A stretch of 64,000 nucleotides of DNA from Eledone cirrhosa (taxonomy: Eukaryota), in contig OZ024743.1 in the NCBI GenBank assembly GCA_964016885.1, positions 159,650,001 through 159,714,000 on the forward strand, given 5' to 3'. The notes beneath the pieces were generated by a model that searched no databases, was not told the DNA's origin, and worked only from the letters and a program-made list of their open reading frames with translations. The translations under genes and the position numbers were made by a program. Of the stretch, positions 37,761 to 51,671 are shown piece after piece (positions within the stretch are counted from its first letter, which is position 1; each line of letters starts with the position of its first letter).

Positions 37761-40700
37761 GGTCTGATCGGACGTCTTTTTGCTCGCTCCCTTAAGTCTC
37801 TTTATTTACCTGTCATAAATCATTTATTCTAAATTTTTGTTGTCGTGTAAGGGACATAAGCCTTTGGACTTTGCCCTGTGAAGGGGAAAGTATAATATTT
37901 AGGCATTTTGGACCAAATATTTGAACTTTTTAATTTAAAAATTATAAAAAAAAAAAAAAAATGGCTGAGCCACACGCGGTATGTCTGCTGTCGTGTGACA
38001 ACGGCGTAAACGTTGAGAGGAGGGTTACGGCGAACACAGCAATTGATACAACAAACGCCACCACAAACAATGTGAACAAAGACAGCAATGACAATAACAC
38101 TGCGAACACTCTCTTTAAAAAAAATAACCACACCAACCACAACAGCAACAGCGACAACCAATACAGACAACAGACAAAATGACAACAAATGCAACAACGA
38201 TATTAACACCACTAACAAGAAAATAAACAACGACAACACCAACAGCAACAATACAAACTGCACCGAGAACAATAGCAACGGCGGCACCAAAAATACAACC
38301 AACTGCAACAGTGATAACAGCAACAACACCAACAACACCGTTTGTAGCAGTAGCAACAGCACCAACAAGACCAGTAGCAGCAGTATCTGCGGCAACAATG
38401 ATGCCACTAAAAAAGGGACCATCTCTTTTTCAAAGGTGGCTCGCAACGTAGAAACAGTTCTGGTCACAGAGAAGGAGATGGCGGTCGCAAGACACATGGT
38501 AACCAGAACTAAATTTTCAGTGTCCTTGAACCCACTAGCCGACTTCCTGGAGGAACAAGAGCGACGCACAATGTCATACCACACAAATGCCATGAAATCA
38601 CGTTGTGTGGAGAGAGCCATGGAGGCCCAAATCCAGAAGGCCTTGGGAAGTGTATGGGCATGGAAAACCCACATCACCCGAGGCAAGAAATATGCTACCG
38701 TGGACGTCTTTTTGTTACCATCCAGGGAGCAAAATCGCACACTCTGGGGACTCTACGAAGTGATGACATTACAGTAGTCCTATATTACAACGGGTAAAAT
38801 TGCAAAGCTCAGGGTAACCCAGGTCTACGTACCTGTGCGTTGGCTGGTCGTGTCTGTTCTTGCGGGCATTGAGGATAGAACAACCATTCTGCAGTTAAGA
38901 AGTTGGGGAGAGAAGACTGGTTCGGTATTGGAATCGAGATGCTCATCCAAACCGACCAGGACTGCATCAGCGCTATTCCCGATATAATAGACCTCGGGAA
39001 TGGTTCCCAAACTTCCCACATCTGTGGAAGGAAGGCGCCCAAAGTGCTTCAACTGTGGATCGAAGTCTCACCTCGGGGCCTTCTTCCCACAGAAAATAAC
39101 AAAGGCGAAGGTCCCCCTCCTTCCAACGCCGGAACCGCTGCCATCAGAAAGAGATTCGTCAGCGAAAAAGTTGCGAGCTTCTACAGAGCATATGAGGACA
39201 ACGTCAGTGGACAACAAAAGCTACGGATAACAAAAACAGTGGCGGCAACTGCAGCAACAAAAACAATTGCACTAGCTGCATCTGTGCCAAGAACGGCAGA
39301 CCAGGCTCCACCACCAACAACAATAACAAAGACAAATGAGAGGGTAGAACACATACCGATCCCCGACCTCTCACAGTCGGACATAGAGTATGAGGCGGCA
39401 GAGGAGTGAAAAACGGTTGGCCAGGAAAAAAAACCCCGCAAAAACTGCACAGCTTCGCCCTCCAAAAGCGAGGGTAAAAAAAGAATGGTAAAGTCTGCAA
39501 AGAGAATTGCAGCAACACTACCACCATCACCACCACAAGCCTCACCACCACAAACAACAACACCACCACCAGCATCACCATAAACACCAACATCGCAAAC
39601 ACAACAAACCACGCATACCCAACAGCAACAAAACCAACCTACTACCCCCCAAAAATAGAAAACATTACACAGACATAAACATCGCAAACAAAGGATTAAT
39701 GGAACATATGAAGCAGCACACAGCCATTATAGAACCCACCAACACCAAGAATATAACGAAAAAATATTAACATTGTTGAAATTAAACTGGAAGGTTATAA
39801 ACAGTTAAAATAAAAATTCTCCAACTGCGATGGGGATTTCAAAAGGTCCCTCTACAAAAGGATATACACAGATATCCTCTTGTTAGACACCCATGACCAG
39901 CCGAATCACGGTTCTACTGTCCCTTCCCCACACGATCAAGATAAGTGTTCCTTTCTCATTTACCCCGTTCCTCACCCAGCATTGCCGTACTCAGAATAGG
40001 CAGTGTAAATGTACGTGGCCTAGCATCATCTTGGAAGCAGGTTGACCTACTCAACGATCTCAGGTCACTTAACATAGATGTGGTGGTCATCAATGAGATC
40101 AGAATCACGAGCTTTCACACCTATCTCCAGTGTCTACGATGTATACGCATCTCTCAGCCGTCCGGGATGGGGGGGGGGAGTCGAAGTTGTGCTTTTTCGG
40201 AGAGGCTTGGATCTCCCCACACGGGCCATCTTACTGGACCCAGAAAGTAAGACGGTGGTGCTGGACGTGACCGGCAGCGAAGGCAATGCTTTCAGGCTCG
40301 TACCCTTCGACGCCGCAACAGGGACAGGACGGCCAGATTTCTTCAGAAGTCTAGAGACTTTTTTTGGAAAGACCCGCTCTTTACTGTTAGTGGGCGACTG
40401 GAACGGTACCTTAGATGCACGCTGGGAATATGTGGGGCTAGTAGATAGGGAAGGAGTGTGTAAAAGCCTTAACAACCTGCTCAGACGTTTTGAACAGGTA
40501 TAGACTGGATTATCCGAATCTGCCAATGTGGACATGGGCAAGCCGCATCCAGATCGTATTTAGATAGGGTATTCTGTAATGAAACAGATAAGACTAGTGT
40601 AAGTTATCCACAATTTAAAGTAGGCGACTACACGGACCACAAATTTGTGATTTGTGAAGTTGACATAGATAGACTCCATAGGCAAGGAACCCATTACCGG

Positions 40701-42780
40701 AGCTGAACGGGTCGTTCCCGGCGTGCAAAGATACAGAGACCGGATTAGCGAATTAGTTAAGCGTGCGTTGACGGATGATATTGTCAACAACAGGTGGTCC
40801 CTGAAAAGGGCTATTAGAGTAGAATCGATATGGTTTAGCAAAGGAGTAGTGATAGAAGAAACATGACTAGAGGGAGAGCTAGTTAGAGAGCTAGAAGAGG
40901 CGTTTAAGACAGGTATCGCAACCAACATGCTTGCTGCGAGATTGGCACTCGACCAATTCTTCAACGCAAAGCATGAGGCTCCATTGTCAGGGCTAGAGCG
41001 CGGCCTCTGAGACACGAGGGTACGAAAGCAGTTAAATGCCCCGTGTGGTGGAGGCGTTACGTGGCAACAAAACCACAATTCGCTCTTTGCCTGATCAAAA
41101 CGGGTGCATGTTGTTCGAAACCGAGCAGATGTGTGCGGCTTTTCAGCAGCACTTTGCTCAATTGTTCGGGATCGGCGGCGGGTCGGTTCGAAGTATGGAC
41201 GTCGGTGCATATCTCGACGGACTGCCGCGGCACAGGACGACCGCAGCGCAGTGCTGCGAAAAGCCGATAACAGCAGGTGAAATACGGGAAGCTATGTCTG
41301 ACTGCACGAGGGGAAAATCGCCAAGTTTGGATGGTCTGCCCTACGAGCTTAATGCGTACATGCCAGATTGGTTCGGCGACCTCTTGGCAGGCGTCTACTG
41401 CAACTGGCAACTGAATGGGAGCATTCACATTTTCGTGAGCCGGGGAGGGGTGGCGTTGCTGAGAAAAGACCCGAACAAAGGGGACGTTGTAGACAACTTC
41501 AGGCCCATGACTCTGCTATATACAGAGTTCAAGACTTTGGCCAAGGTGTTAGCAACGAGATTGGCGCTTGTCGTCCGGGATCTCGTGTGAGAGACACAGA
41601 CATGCACTATTTCGGACAGATCCATCCACGACAACCTCCATCTCATGCGATACATCATAGAGAGAATGGTTAAAGAACCTGGCACGGGCGGGACCCTGAT
41701 CAGCTTGGATCAATCTAAATCATTTGATAGGGTCGACTATGGGTAACTGGCTGCGGTCCTCGAGGTGGCCGGCTCCGGGCCCGTTTTTAGGGGCTGGATC
41801 ACTGTGATGCACAGCGACATGTGAGTCTGAATGGTCACCTGACGCAGCACAAAACACGTGTAGATGTTCGGCATCCCGCTCAAGGAGTACGAAGCGCTGA
41901 CAGGAGCAGAGATAAACCAGGAAAAGTAGGTGGGCTTGCAACTAGACACCTGCAGAGCAAAGTCCATGCCTTCCGACAGCGTCGTTGGACGTTGGACTGA
42001 ATGACTGGTTAAATTGTTCGGGGTCTGGTTCGGTCCGGACCTCCAGATAGAGAAAAACTGGAGTGAGGTGAGAAGAAGGGTGGCCTCTCTCACCAGATAT
42101 GGGTCGAAGGAAGGCTATCTCTGAAAGGTCGGGCGGAGGTGGCAAATGCGTACATCGCGTCCGTCATCTGCTACCGCTTGACAGTCGTATCTTGTCCCCG
42201 CACAATTCTAACCAAAATGTAGCACCTTCTCTTCCGCTTTTTTTATGGAAGGGACGTGCTCCCATGGTCAGACGATCCATCTGCTGTCAGCACACGTTGC
42301 GTGGAGGAATGGGCATGTGGTGGCTGATGATGCGCAAACAAGCGCTGTGACATCTCTGGTGTTTCCTTGACGGTGAACAGGTGTGGTCACACTTTGCCAG
42401 ACGCGCTTTTCCTCAGCTTGTCTCCTTCTCGAAGGTGCTGTCAGCCGAGCCTGTCCGAGATGCGTGCAGGGCGAAGAGACCGTTCTGCACGCACTCGTTC
42501 AATGCCCGAGGATTGCTGATCTGTGGAGCTATGTCGAACAGTTGCTGTCACGTGTAGGACGGATCCGGGTGACCGTGGTCTTTCGTGTGGTTTTCGCCAG
42601 AAGTGACTCTAGGAGGTTTCCCCCCTATTGGGGAATTTTTTGTTGCTAGAATTTTTTTTAATATTTCTATATTGTGATAAACCTTTTTACACGGCCAAAA
42701 CCCACTTTGTATGTCCTGTACCGTTCTGTGCCGTCTGTAATGTGTTTCTTCATGTTAGCACTTGTGGTCAATAAAGAAAC
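37761..42780 (+). mobile_element. Near-full-length, decayed Tx1/L1-clade LINE
   Basis: ORF1 with Asn/Thr-rich region and KCFNCGSKSH knuckle; APE (IGSVNVRGL, LLVGDWNG, TDH); RT (KSP.LDGLPYE, NFRPMTLL..EFK.LAKVLA.RL, LDQSK.FDRV); C-terminal CPRC..EETVLHALVQC; aataaa at ~42770; flanked by aattattatt. Confidence 0.9.
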
Positions 42781-42790
42781 AATTATTATT

Positions 42791-44905
42791 GTTCTTTGAG
42801 TCTCAGTCATTGATGTTATTTAACTGGAAAGTTTGTAGAAATAAATATCAAGCCACTACCTGCAGCCTCAGACATTCAGGACGTTTCGGAGGGTTCTTGC
42901 TGTTCGCAACAAGTATGCCTTTTGAAATGTTTCAAAAATCGGGGCTGGACTAATCTTCTTTAACCGTCCTTGGAAACTCTTTGAGATAGTACCTAGTGCG
43001 CCTATGACAATCGGGACGACCTTGATTTCATGGCAGTTTCAAATCCTTTTAAAATCCCACTTTAAATCCTGGTATCGGTTAATTCTCTTCTCCTTTTCTT
43101 ACACTTTCGTGACTAATGGGCAGGCTACATCTACAATCAGACACGATCTTTTTTCCTTGTCAAAACCACCAGGTCAGGCCTATTGTGTTCTAATTTCTTG
43201 TCCGTCTGTATGCTGAAATCCCATAGAACCTTCACTTGATTGTTCTCTATCACCGACTCTGGCTTATGCTCATACCACTTCTCAGAATGTGGTAAATTGT
43301 TTACTTTGCATAGATGCCAGTGAATCGTCTTTCCTATTATATCATGTCTCCACCCTTTACAGTGGGTCTGGGCTAGATGTTTGCACTCGGATACAATGTG
43401 AGCCACAGTCTCCTCACTCCGTCCAGAGATCCTACACAGAAAGCTATAGTGTTTCACCTACTTCGTTGTGAGGGCCTGCTCTTGTGCAGCCGTTAATATA
43501 CCTGCTGTAGCTTTTTAAGGTATCTTCTTTTTAACCATTCCATGTCTGTGGATCTTTGAATTCTGTTTTCTTAAAGAAGGTGCTATGAAGGGATTTTTCA
43601 TAAAGGCTGCTCTTGCTCCTTGTTGTTATTTCCTCCTTGGACATTCCCTCGCTTATTGTCTTCTCCTTCAGTACAACTTTGAGCATTTGTTCCCTTCTCT
43701 CAGACACATATTTATGCAGGTTGTTTTCCTCTATCAACATCACCCCCCTTGTGGAACATGTTGTAGATAGTCATTAGTTTCCTAGCCTTCCTATATATTT
43801 CTTTTTGTTCAGAATTCCCGCACTGTACCTAATAATAGACACAGCTCGAGAATTTACTGCACTTATGGCATTCCTACTATTTAGATGGGATTTTAGTATG
43901 TTCCTTACTCTCCTTGTGTATTCAGATCTTATCAACTCCTTCATTTTTTGTTCTTGATGTCATCTGCCTCCAGAACACCTAAATATTTGTATCCCTCTTC
44001 AGTGTCAATTTCCTTTATCATCTCACCTGTTGGTACCTGGATTCCGTTGCTTCTGCTCAATTCACTCATCTTCATCACAAGTACTCCACACTTACTAATA
44101 CCAAATTCCATACATATATCATTGCTGAAAATACGGACAGTGTCAACATGTACATCCAACCCCTTCTCACTCTTCCCAAATAGTTTAAGATCGTCCATGA
44201 AGAGGAGGTGGTTGATGGTAAGCTCTCCTCTTCCCAACTTGTATCCTGCTCTCATTTTTCGCAATATGACGGACAGGAGGATCATGGCAAGGACAAACTA
44301 CAAAGCGGACAAACTATCTCCCTGGAAGATACCTTTCTTGATCTTCACGCCTCCCAAGGATTCTCCACCTGATGTTAACTCTGTTTTCCAGGACTTCATG
44401 CTTTTACTTAATAGCTGTCTGATGTTGTCTGCCACCTTGAATATCTCTAGGCTTTTGGTTATCCAAGAATGAGGTAACATGTCGAATGCCTTTTTGGAAT
44501 TTATCCATCCCATGGGAAGACCAGTATGCCTCCTCTTGGAATTCCTCATTACCATCTTATCAATAAGTAACTGGACTTTTTTACTACGGGACTTCTTTCG
44601 GCATCCTTTAAGTTCGTCCGGTAACAGGTTGTTTATCTGGAGGTGATGGTAGATCTCCTCAGACACAATGCTTGTTAACAGTTTCCACATTACGGACAGA
44701 CATGTGATAGGTCTATAGTTGGCAACAACATTACCCTTGATTCGGTCTTTCATTACCAGAACTGTGGTACCTTTTGTCAATCACTCTGGTACTTCACCCG
44801 ATATCAAGCAGTCATTGAACATGGTTGTCAGTTTTGGGTGGAGGGAAGTTATATTTTTAATCCAATACCCTTTCACACCATCTGGGCCTGGTGATTTCCA
44901 GTTGG
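42791..44905 (-). mobile_element. 5'-truncated R4/Dong-clade retrotransposon inserted in (TAA)n
   Basis: YRPITCL..WKLLT, KAFD.LPHSWI, GIFQGDSLS, INHLLFMDDLKLF, YKYLG, ETVAHIVSEC, WDFSIQTD...HNRPDLVV; (tta)n flanks at 44918-44946 and 42782-42790. Confidence 0.9.
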
Positions 44906-45379
44906 TTAGTTTTTTTGTTATTATTATTATGATTATTATTATTATTGTTGTTGTTGTTGTTTTTATTTCATTAATTACTACATCCGTTTCAATTAATAGA
45001 AATGTGATTGCATGGTAGTCGATTAATTAAATATATCAACAAACATTGCAATAAAATATCACAAATCTCTTCAGGAAGCTTATACTAGATCTTCGGAATA
45101 TATGTCGCACAGTACCAAACTGCTTTTATGCATCAACCTGTCCATAGAGAATAATTCAATGCACCTCAGAAACTGGTTAAATATATAGTGTTTAGAGATT
45201 CGACGTCACCATTCATAATAAATAAACGGAGTATGAAGCCAATGCTGAAATGAAACATTTGTAGTCAACTCTTCAAACGTCTTTCAGGCCTCAAATGACA
45301 TTTAACATCTCACACTAAGAAAGAGCAATCATAGTTTCGAGAAGTGGTCAAGCTCTGTAAGGAGCAGAAAATAACCATA

Positions 45380-46461
45380 TCTATATATATAAAATTCTTT
45401 GTCTCTGTGTCTGACTTTCTATTCCTATGCATTCTCAAATGGCTGGCCCAAAACAAATAAAATTTTATAAAGTCAACATGTAATTTTTATTTTTATTTGG
45501 ATTAAAACAATATGACTTTTATCTAAAATAACCTTTCTATAGTGAACTATAGTAAACCACGACGACGTCACATTTTGTATATGAGTGTGTATGTGTCTGT
45601 TATTGCGTCTGTATTTGTGAGTTCGCTACATACGTTAGGCCTCAGAGAATTAAACACACACTCACATCTACATAAGTAATAGGTGTATGTGAATCTACGT
45701 CTGTGCGTGTCTGTCTTAGTATATGTATGTGAGAGTGTGTATGAGTTTATGTGTGATGATTTTTATTTTAATGTTAGGCCTCCGAGAATTAAACACACAC
45801 ACACATCTACACATACAGATACATATGTGATAACATACATGTGTGCGTGAATGTACGTCTGTTTTAGTATATGTATGTGAGTGTATGTGACTGTGTGTGA
45901 GAGTGTGTGTGAGAGTATGTCAGAGTGTATGTGCGCGAGTGTCTGTGTGAGTGTATGCGTGTGCGAGTGTATGTGTGATAATTTTTATTTTCATTTAGAT
46001 TAAAACATGACGTCACATTTCGTATATGAATATATATATATGTCAGTCAGTGTGTGTGCGCGTTCATTAGGTACATTATTAAATACGCACACACATCTAC
46101 ACTTATGTAGGGACTGACCAAAAGTGAGGTGAATAGGGATGCGTGAGTCTGCATGAATGTATGTGTGTGTGTTTCCGTCTTAGAATATGTATATGAGAGT
46201 GTATATATGTGAATGTGTAGCAACCATTGATTCATTTGGACACAGACAGAAAATTACACAATGAATATTGTTTACCCTAAGGTACTTCAAGATCGACGGA
46301 TTTTCATTTTTAAATTCTATTATCATTACAATTTTGATATTTTAAAAAGAAAATATAAATATTTTGAAATAATTATGAAAAAAAATATATATTCATACTT
46401 GTTGTTTACTAATCTGAATAAGAACAGCAGTAACTTGGGAAACACCGGGTAATTCAGCTAG
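45380..46461 (+). mobile_element. Non-autonomous Helitron
   Basis: A|TCTATATATATAAAA ... cttgggaaacaccgggtaattcagCTAG|T; internal tandem duplications (ttaggcctc.gagaattaaacacaca twice). Confidence 0.85.
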
Positions 46462-46520
46462 TATATATATATATACATGTGTTTGTGTGTGTATGTGTGT
46501 GTATGCGTGCGTGCTCGTGC

Positions 46521-46601
<81 letters not shown>

Positions 46602-47787
46602 TGTGCTTGCTGTTTTATCTGTGTTCATTAAAATATGTACGGAAGTGAAATATGTATTGGATCCGATATGATTGATTAAAATATATTAATGTTAGTACTC
46701 CCTTATAGCTCCACACCAATAGTCCAATGCTTGAATTCAATAAATTAAGTAATAATAAATATTCGATAATGTAGAATGAGGTACAGTGTTTCTGAAAATA
46801 CGACCAACTTTTATGTTCATATCCGACATATGATTAAACACATGTAATTTTATAAGAAATCCTATTCATGTCCACAGTAAAAGAGTGTATTGTGTTTAGG
46901 AAATAGTATTGAATCATGTGTCAACCATTTCTCCAGTTTGTAAGAAGTACACTTAACTTTTCGTGAATTTTAATGTAAATAATATCACTCAATATACACG
47001 TAAATGCGTGGCACTTTCCACATCAGGGAAACCAGATACGAATCTCCTACTGATAATGCAACCAGTGAAGCGATATATAAATCAATGCATGTTCACCTTA
47101 TGTATTTGACATGAATGCATTTAGTATAAACATGCATACACACACACGCATACATATATATATATTTATGTGTGTGGGGTGTTTGTGTTTGATATGTGTT
47201 ACTGTGTACATGTATGTACAGAGCAACAGTAAGAGTGAGAGAGTTGGGGCGATCGAGTATGAGAATTTAATGTTTAAGATTTTATTCATTGATCTAGAGA
47301 AGAATAGAAATAACTTTCATTGAAAAGCTGCACTGCAAGCAATTCAGTCATGCAGTGAAATGAAGCTGGCGTGAAACGAACCTACAGTCAGCAGGTCATT
47401 AATGTCAAGCCTTACTTTACCATCATGGGATTTTCAAGCAGAATGCTGACTCTTCTAACCTTTCTTGGAAAGCTAAAACCGTGTGATTTTAAAGGCAATT
47501 GACACAAAGCAAATATTTTATCCTCTCCCAATCAATAATTACAATAGTTCGTTATTTTAGAATTTATATTTACCACTCACACGCAGACACACATACACAT
47601 ATATGCACCACATATACACACATACACACATATGCACACATATACACACATACACATATACACATACATACACGCACACGTATATACACACATATATATA
47701 TATACGTTTGTATAATGGTAGCTATGGTGATTCCATAGGCGGTATGCCAAAATTAGCACTCAATATTCATACAGAGCAAAGTGTGGA

Positions 47788-48950
47788 TAGTATAAAAAAA
47801 AGAAAAAAATCAGTGATGCATCTGGACTCAGTTTATTCCGTGATACAATTGTTTTGCCGACAGGTAGCTCGAGACATGATCACTGTATGGATCTGGATGA
47901 TTCTATGGCTGCAGGTTCCTTCGGACACGGGCAGTTCGTTTTCTCATCGGGGTGTTATCGTCAAAAAACACATTAAAAAAACAGCTTCCACTCTTGTCAT
48001 GCCATTGGCTGTTATCATTATACGTCATCTTAAGTTTTGGTTACTATTTACTGCTACACGGGTCATCAGCCATTTTCGGTCCGACACACTTCAATGGAGC
48101 CCCGCTGGGTTCGGTATCTCACACGTCTGTTCACACTCCAGAGTATGTACCCACATATATACACGCACACATACATACACACACATGTATGCATACACAT
48201 ATGTACGCATACATGTGTAGACACACATACCCACCATACACATATATACATGCACACACACACTCTCTCTCTCTCTTCCACAAACCTAGGCACACCCACA
48301 TCCAGATACCGACCGCCACATGCTTGTTGGCGCTTGCCTAAACAGTGCCAGACATCCGGGCTCACATGCACGCATAGGCGCACACACGCGCAGGCACACA
48401 CGTCCACGCATAGACAGACACGTATCGGCGTTCGGGAACATCAGCACATATATACACACAAACACTCTGAGACACATACATGGATACACACGCACATACA
48501 CGCATATCCTTATTGATAGGCATCAAGGACTGACACACTTCCAAAGACATAAGCACACATACACACGTATACACACACCTGTACATTTATCTACACACAA
48601 GTACATGTAACCGCATATAAACACATAGTCAAACCCTGTCCTATGTGTGTGTACGTACGCGCCCACACACAAACACCCCCACTGACAGATACTCACACCA
48701 TATATATATATATATATACATATATATATGTGTGTACATAGACACACTCACATATACACACGCATGCAGACACACACGTATACACATATACATATATGTA
48801 TACGCACACATACATACATACACATACATATGTATACACGCACATACACATACATACTTATATGCACATATATCGATATGTGCACACACACCCACGCAAA
48901 CATACACATATACACACACATATGCGCGCACATATACCTACTCACAACCT

Positions 48951-48994
<44 letters not shown>

Positions 48995-49591
48995 TACACA
49001 TCCATACAAGATACACATACGTACACCTAACTAGATACACACATACATACACACACATGTATATATAAAACTCTACATGCATACACACACGCACATATAT
49101 ACATACATATATATGCATATATATGCACATATATATACATGTACATACACATGCATACGCACACGTGTGTGCGTGTATATATGTGGGTACATACACGTGT
49201 GTGTGTGTGTATGTATGTGGGTACATACTCTGGAGTGTGAACAGACGTGTGAGATACCGAACCCAGAAGGGCTCCATTGAAGTGTGTCGGACGGAAAATG
49301 GCTGATGACCCGTGTAGCAGTAAATAGTGACCAAAACTTAAGATGACGTAGAATAACAACAGCCAATGGCATGACAAGAGTGGAAGAAGTTTTTTTTAAG
49401 GTGTTTTTTGACGATAACACCCCAGTGAGAAAATTTGCTCTGAACGAACTGCCCATGTTCGAAGGAACCTGCAGCCGTAGTATCAGCTAGATCCATACAG
49501 TGATCATGTCTCGAGCTACCTGCCGGCGGAACAATTGTAACACGCAATAAACTGAGTCTAGAAGCATCACTGATTTTTCGTTTCTTTATAC

Positions 49592-49593
<2 letters not shown>
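47788..49593. repeat. Long inverted repeat (~390-bp arms 47788-48175 / 49205-49593) around ~1 kb of CA/TA-rich sequence
   Basis: Arms are diverged reverse complements (e.g. atcagtgatgcatctggactcagttt / aaactgagtctagaagcatcactgat). Confidence 0.9.
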
Positions 49594-49651
<58 letters not shown>

Positions 49652-49768
49652 TGTGTATGTATGTATGGTTCCTAGCACCTGATAGAGTCGTAGGGACGCC
49701 GTATTGGCATTCCGCGTCTGTTGGAAATGTTAAGCCCATCACTCAACAGGGCTATATATATATGTGTG

Positions 49769-49816
<48 letters not shown>

Positions 49817-49944
49817 AAAGTTCTATTTAAAGCTACTGGGATACAACAAGTGAATATTTTTATAACTGATATAAAGCACTCGACAAGTTTTTGGAGAAGA
49901 TATACGATATTAATAAATGGAAACTATATTTATAAAACCATATT

Positions 49945-50009
49945 TATTTCATTATACATATTTCAGGGATACCACATTAAATTATGGTATGCCTTCATCA
50001 GACAAAATA
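49945..50009 (-). ncRNA. Type I hammerhead ribozyme (family B)
   Basis: Minus: tattttgt-CTGATGA-aggcatacca(taatttaatg)tggtatccct-GAAA-tatgta-TA-atgaaata; flank homologous to 2795-2890. Confidence 0.8.
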
Positions 50010-50320
50010 CAATATATAACTGTTTTACAAATAGCTTTGACGTACCCTTTAAAATGCAACCATTACTTTTGGAGGCTGTCTGGATAGTGCTTTGTATATA
50101 TTATTTTAATAAGTCATAGTGTTAAGTACAATTAGAAAAAGACGGAGAGAAAGAAAATATATATATATATAAATAAATATATATATATATATATGAATGT
50201 ATGTATAGTATATTTGGCAATATACTGTATGTTTAATTAAACACATTTTGAAGACCTTGCGCTATTATTTTAAAGTAGTGACTATGTCAATTACTTATTT
50301 TTACAACAAAGGAAGGGAGA

Positions 50321-50366
50321 TAAGCTGACAGATCTGTTTCACACTGTTGGTGTTCATCAGAGCTTA
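50321..50366 (-). ncRNA. Canonical minimal type I hammerhead ribozyme (family C)
   Basis: Minus: taagct-CTGATGA-acac(caaca)gtgt-GAAA-cagatctg-TC-agctta. All stems Watson-Crick, GUC cleavage site, palindromic stem III. Confidence 0.92.
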
Positions 50367-50519
50367 GCACTCGCCGACCTTTGCTGAAAATTATAGAGGC
50401 TGGATTCTTATAGAATTCTAGTAATAATCAGGAACTTACTATACCGAGCGATTGCCATCACACATACACACACTTATATATATATATACCTATATATATA
50501 TTTATATATATATATATAT

Positions 50520-50605
50520 ATATTGTTATGCTTTGGGAGGGTCATGTCACCAATGAGAAACACACTTACCAGCTGCAACATGACCCTCCCAAAGCATAAC
50601 AATAT
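50520..50605. repeat. Perfect 28-bp inverted repeat with 30-nt spacer
   Basis: atattgttatgctttgggagggtcatgt / acatgaccctcccaaagcataacaatat. Confidence 0.9.
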
Positions 50606-50730
50606 CGGTTTCAACACACGTTTTCAGATAAAGGATCTTGCTAAACAAATTCAGAAACGAAATATATATATACAAACACGCACACACGCACACACAAATA
50701 CGTGCGCACACACACGCACACCCTCTTATA

Positions 50731-50789
<59 letters not shown>

Positions 50790-51177
50790 TTTCGCGTGTT
50801 ACCATTGTCGGTTGAAATTACCACTTCAAAAGAAGAGTATTTCAAATTGTATTTCAGAATATTTTATATCCGTTAATTGTGTACGATTGATTGAGTTTCT
50901 ATTGCGATTGACAATATAGTAATAAAGAGACGTTAATGAAGGTCATTGAAATTAATTTTACCCATATCTATCAGGCAAATGATAGTTCCGTTTTCTTCAC
51001 CTTTCTATTATTTTCTAATACTATCTATTTCCCATTTTACATTGTGGAAATGTCGAAATGTAAAGAATCTAGATGTTTTGACTAAATAATGCCATCAATG
51101 AATCGATGAAAAATATATACGGGCAATTGATTCACTCTTTAACATGATGATTCATCATGTTAGATATGCTACTTGTT

Positions 51178-51213
<36 letters not shown>

Positions 51214-51218
<5 letters not shown>

Positions 51219-51435
51219 GTAATTCCATCGGAAAGGTACAGGGAAAAAGAGTGCTCTATGTAGGTTACAGAGCTTATTAGTTATGTAATAAACAACATAA
51301 GATAATTATTTCCTTTACCAGTGGTTTCTTGAAAGCAGATATATCTGTTTTCAGTCGTCATAATGTTTTATTAAATATGGATTTCAAAACAAAATATAAA
51401 AAATAAGAAAGTGAGGCAAAGAAGAAGGGAAAAAA
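51214..51435 (-). mobile_element. Family-A PLE terminal-repeat-like element with degenerate HHR (51310-51366)
   Basis: Homologous to 3092-3350. Minus: catt-aTGACGA-ctgaaaacagat(at)atctgctttcaa-GAAA-ccactgg-TA-aagg. Confidence 0.75.
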
Positions 51436-51438
51436 AGA

Positions 51439-51564
<126 letters not shown>

Positions 51565-51606
51565 TTCAAAATATTAATAAAAATAGAACTTCTTGTGATC
51601 AAGTAT

Positions 51607-51671
51607 ATTTTATTGTACATATTTCAGAGGTACTGAGCTAACTTCAATAAAACGTCCTCATCAGATAAAAT
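51607..51671 (-). ncRNA. Family-B hammerhead motif with U16.1>C substitution (probably inactive)
   Basis: Minus: attttat-CTGATGA-ggacgt...acctct-GAAA-tatgta-CA-ataaaat. Confidence 0.65.

Noticed and set aside
37829-39687. Long hydrophobic minus-strand ORFs
   Set aside because: Antisense shadows of the AAC-rich Tx1 ORF1.
49296-49350. CTGATGA...aaaacttaag as a hammerhead (also mirrored at ~48025-48075)
   Set aside because: No GAAA, no stem II pairing and no UH site in either arm.
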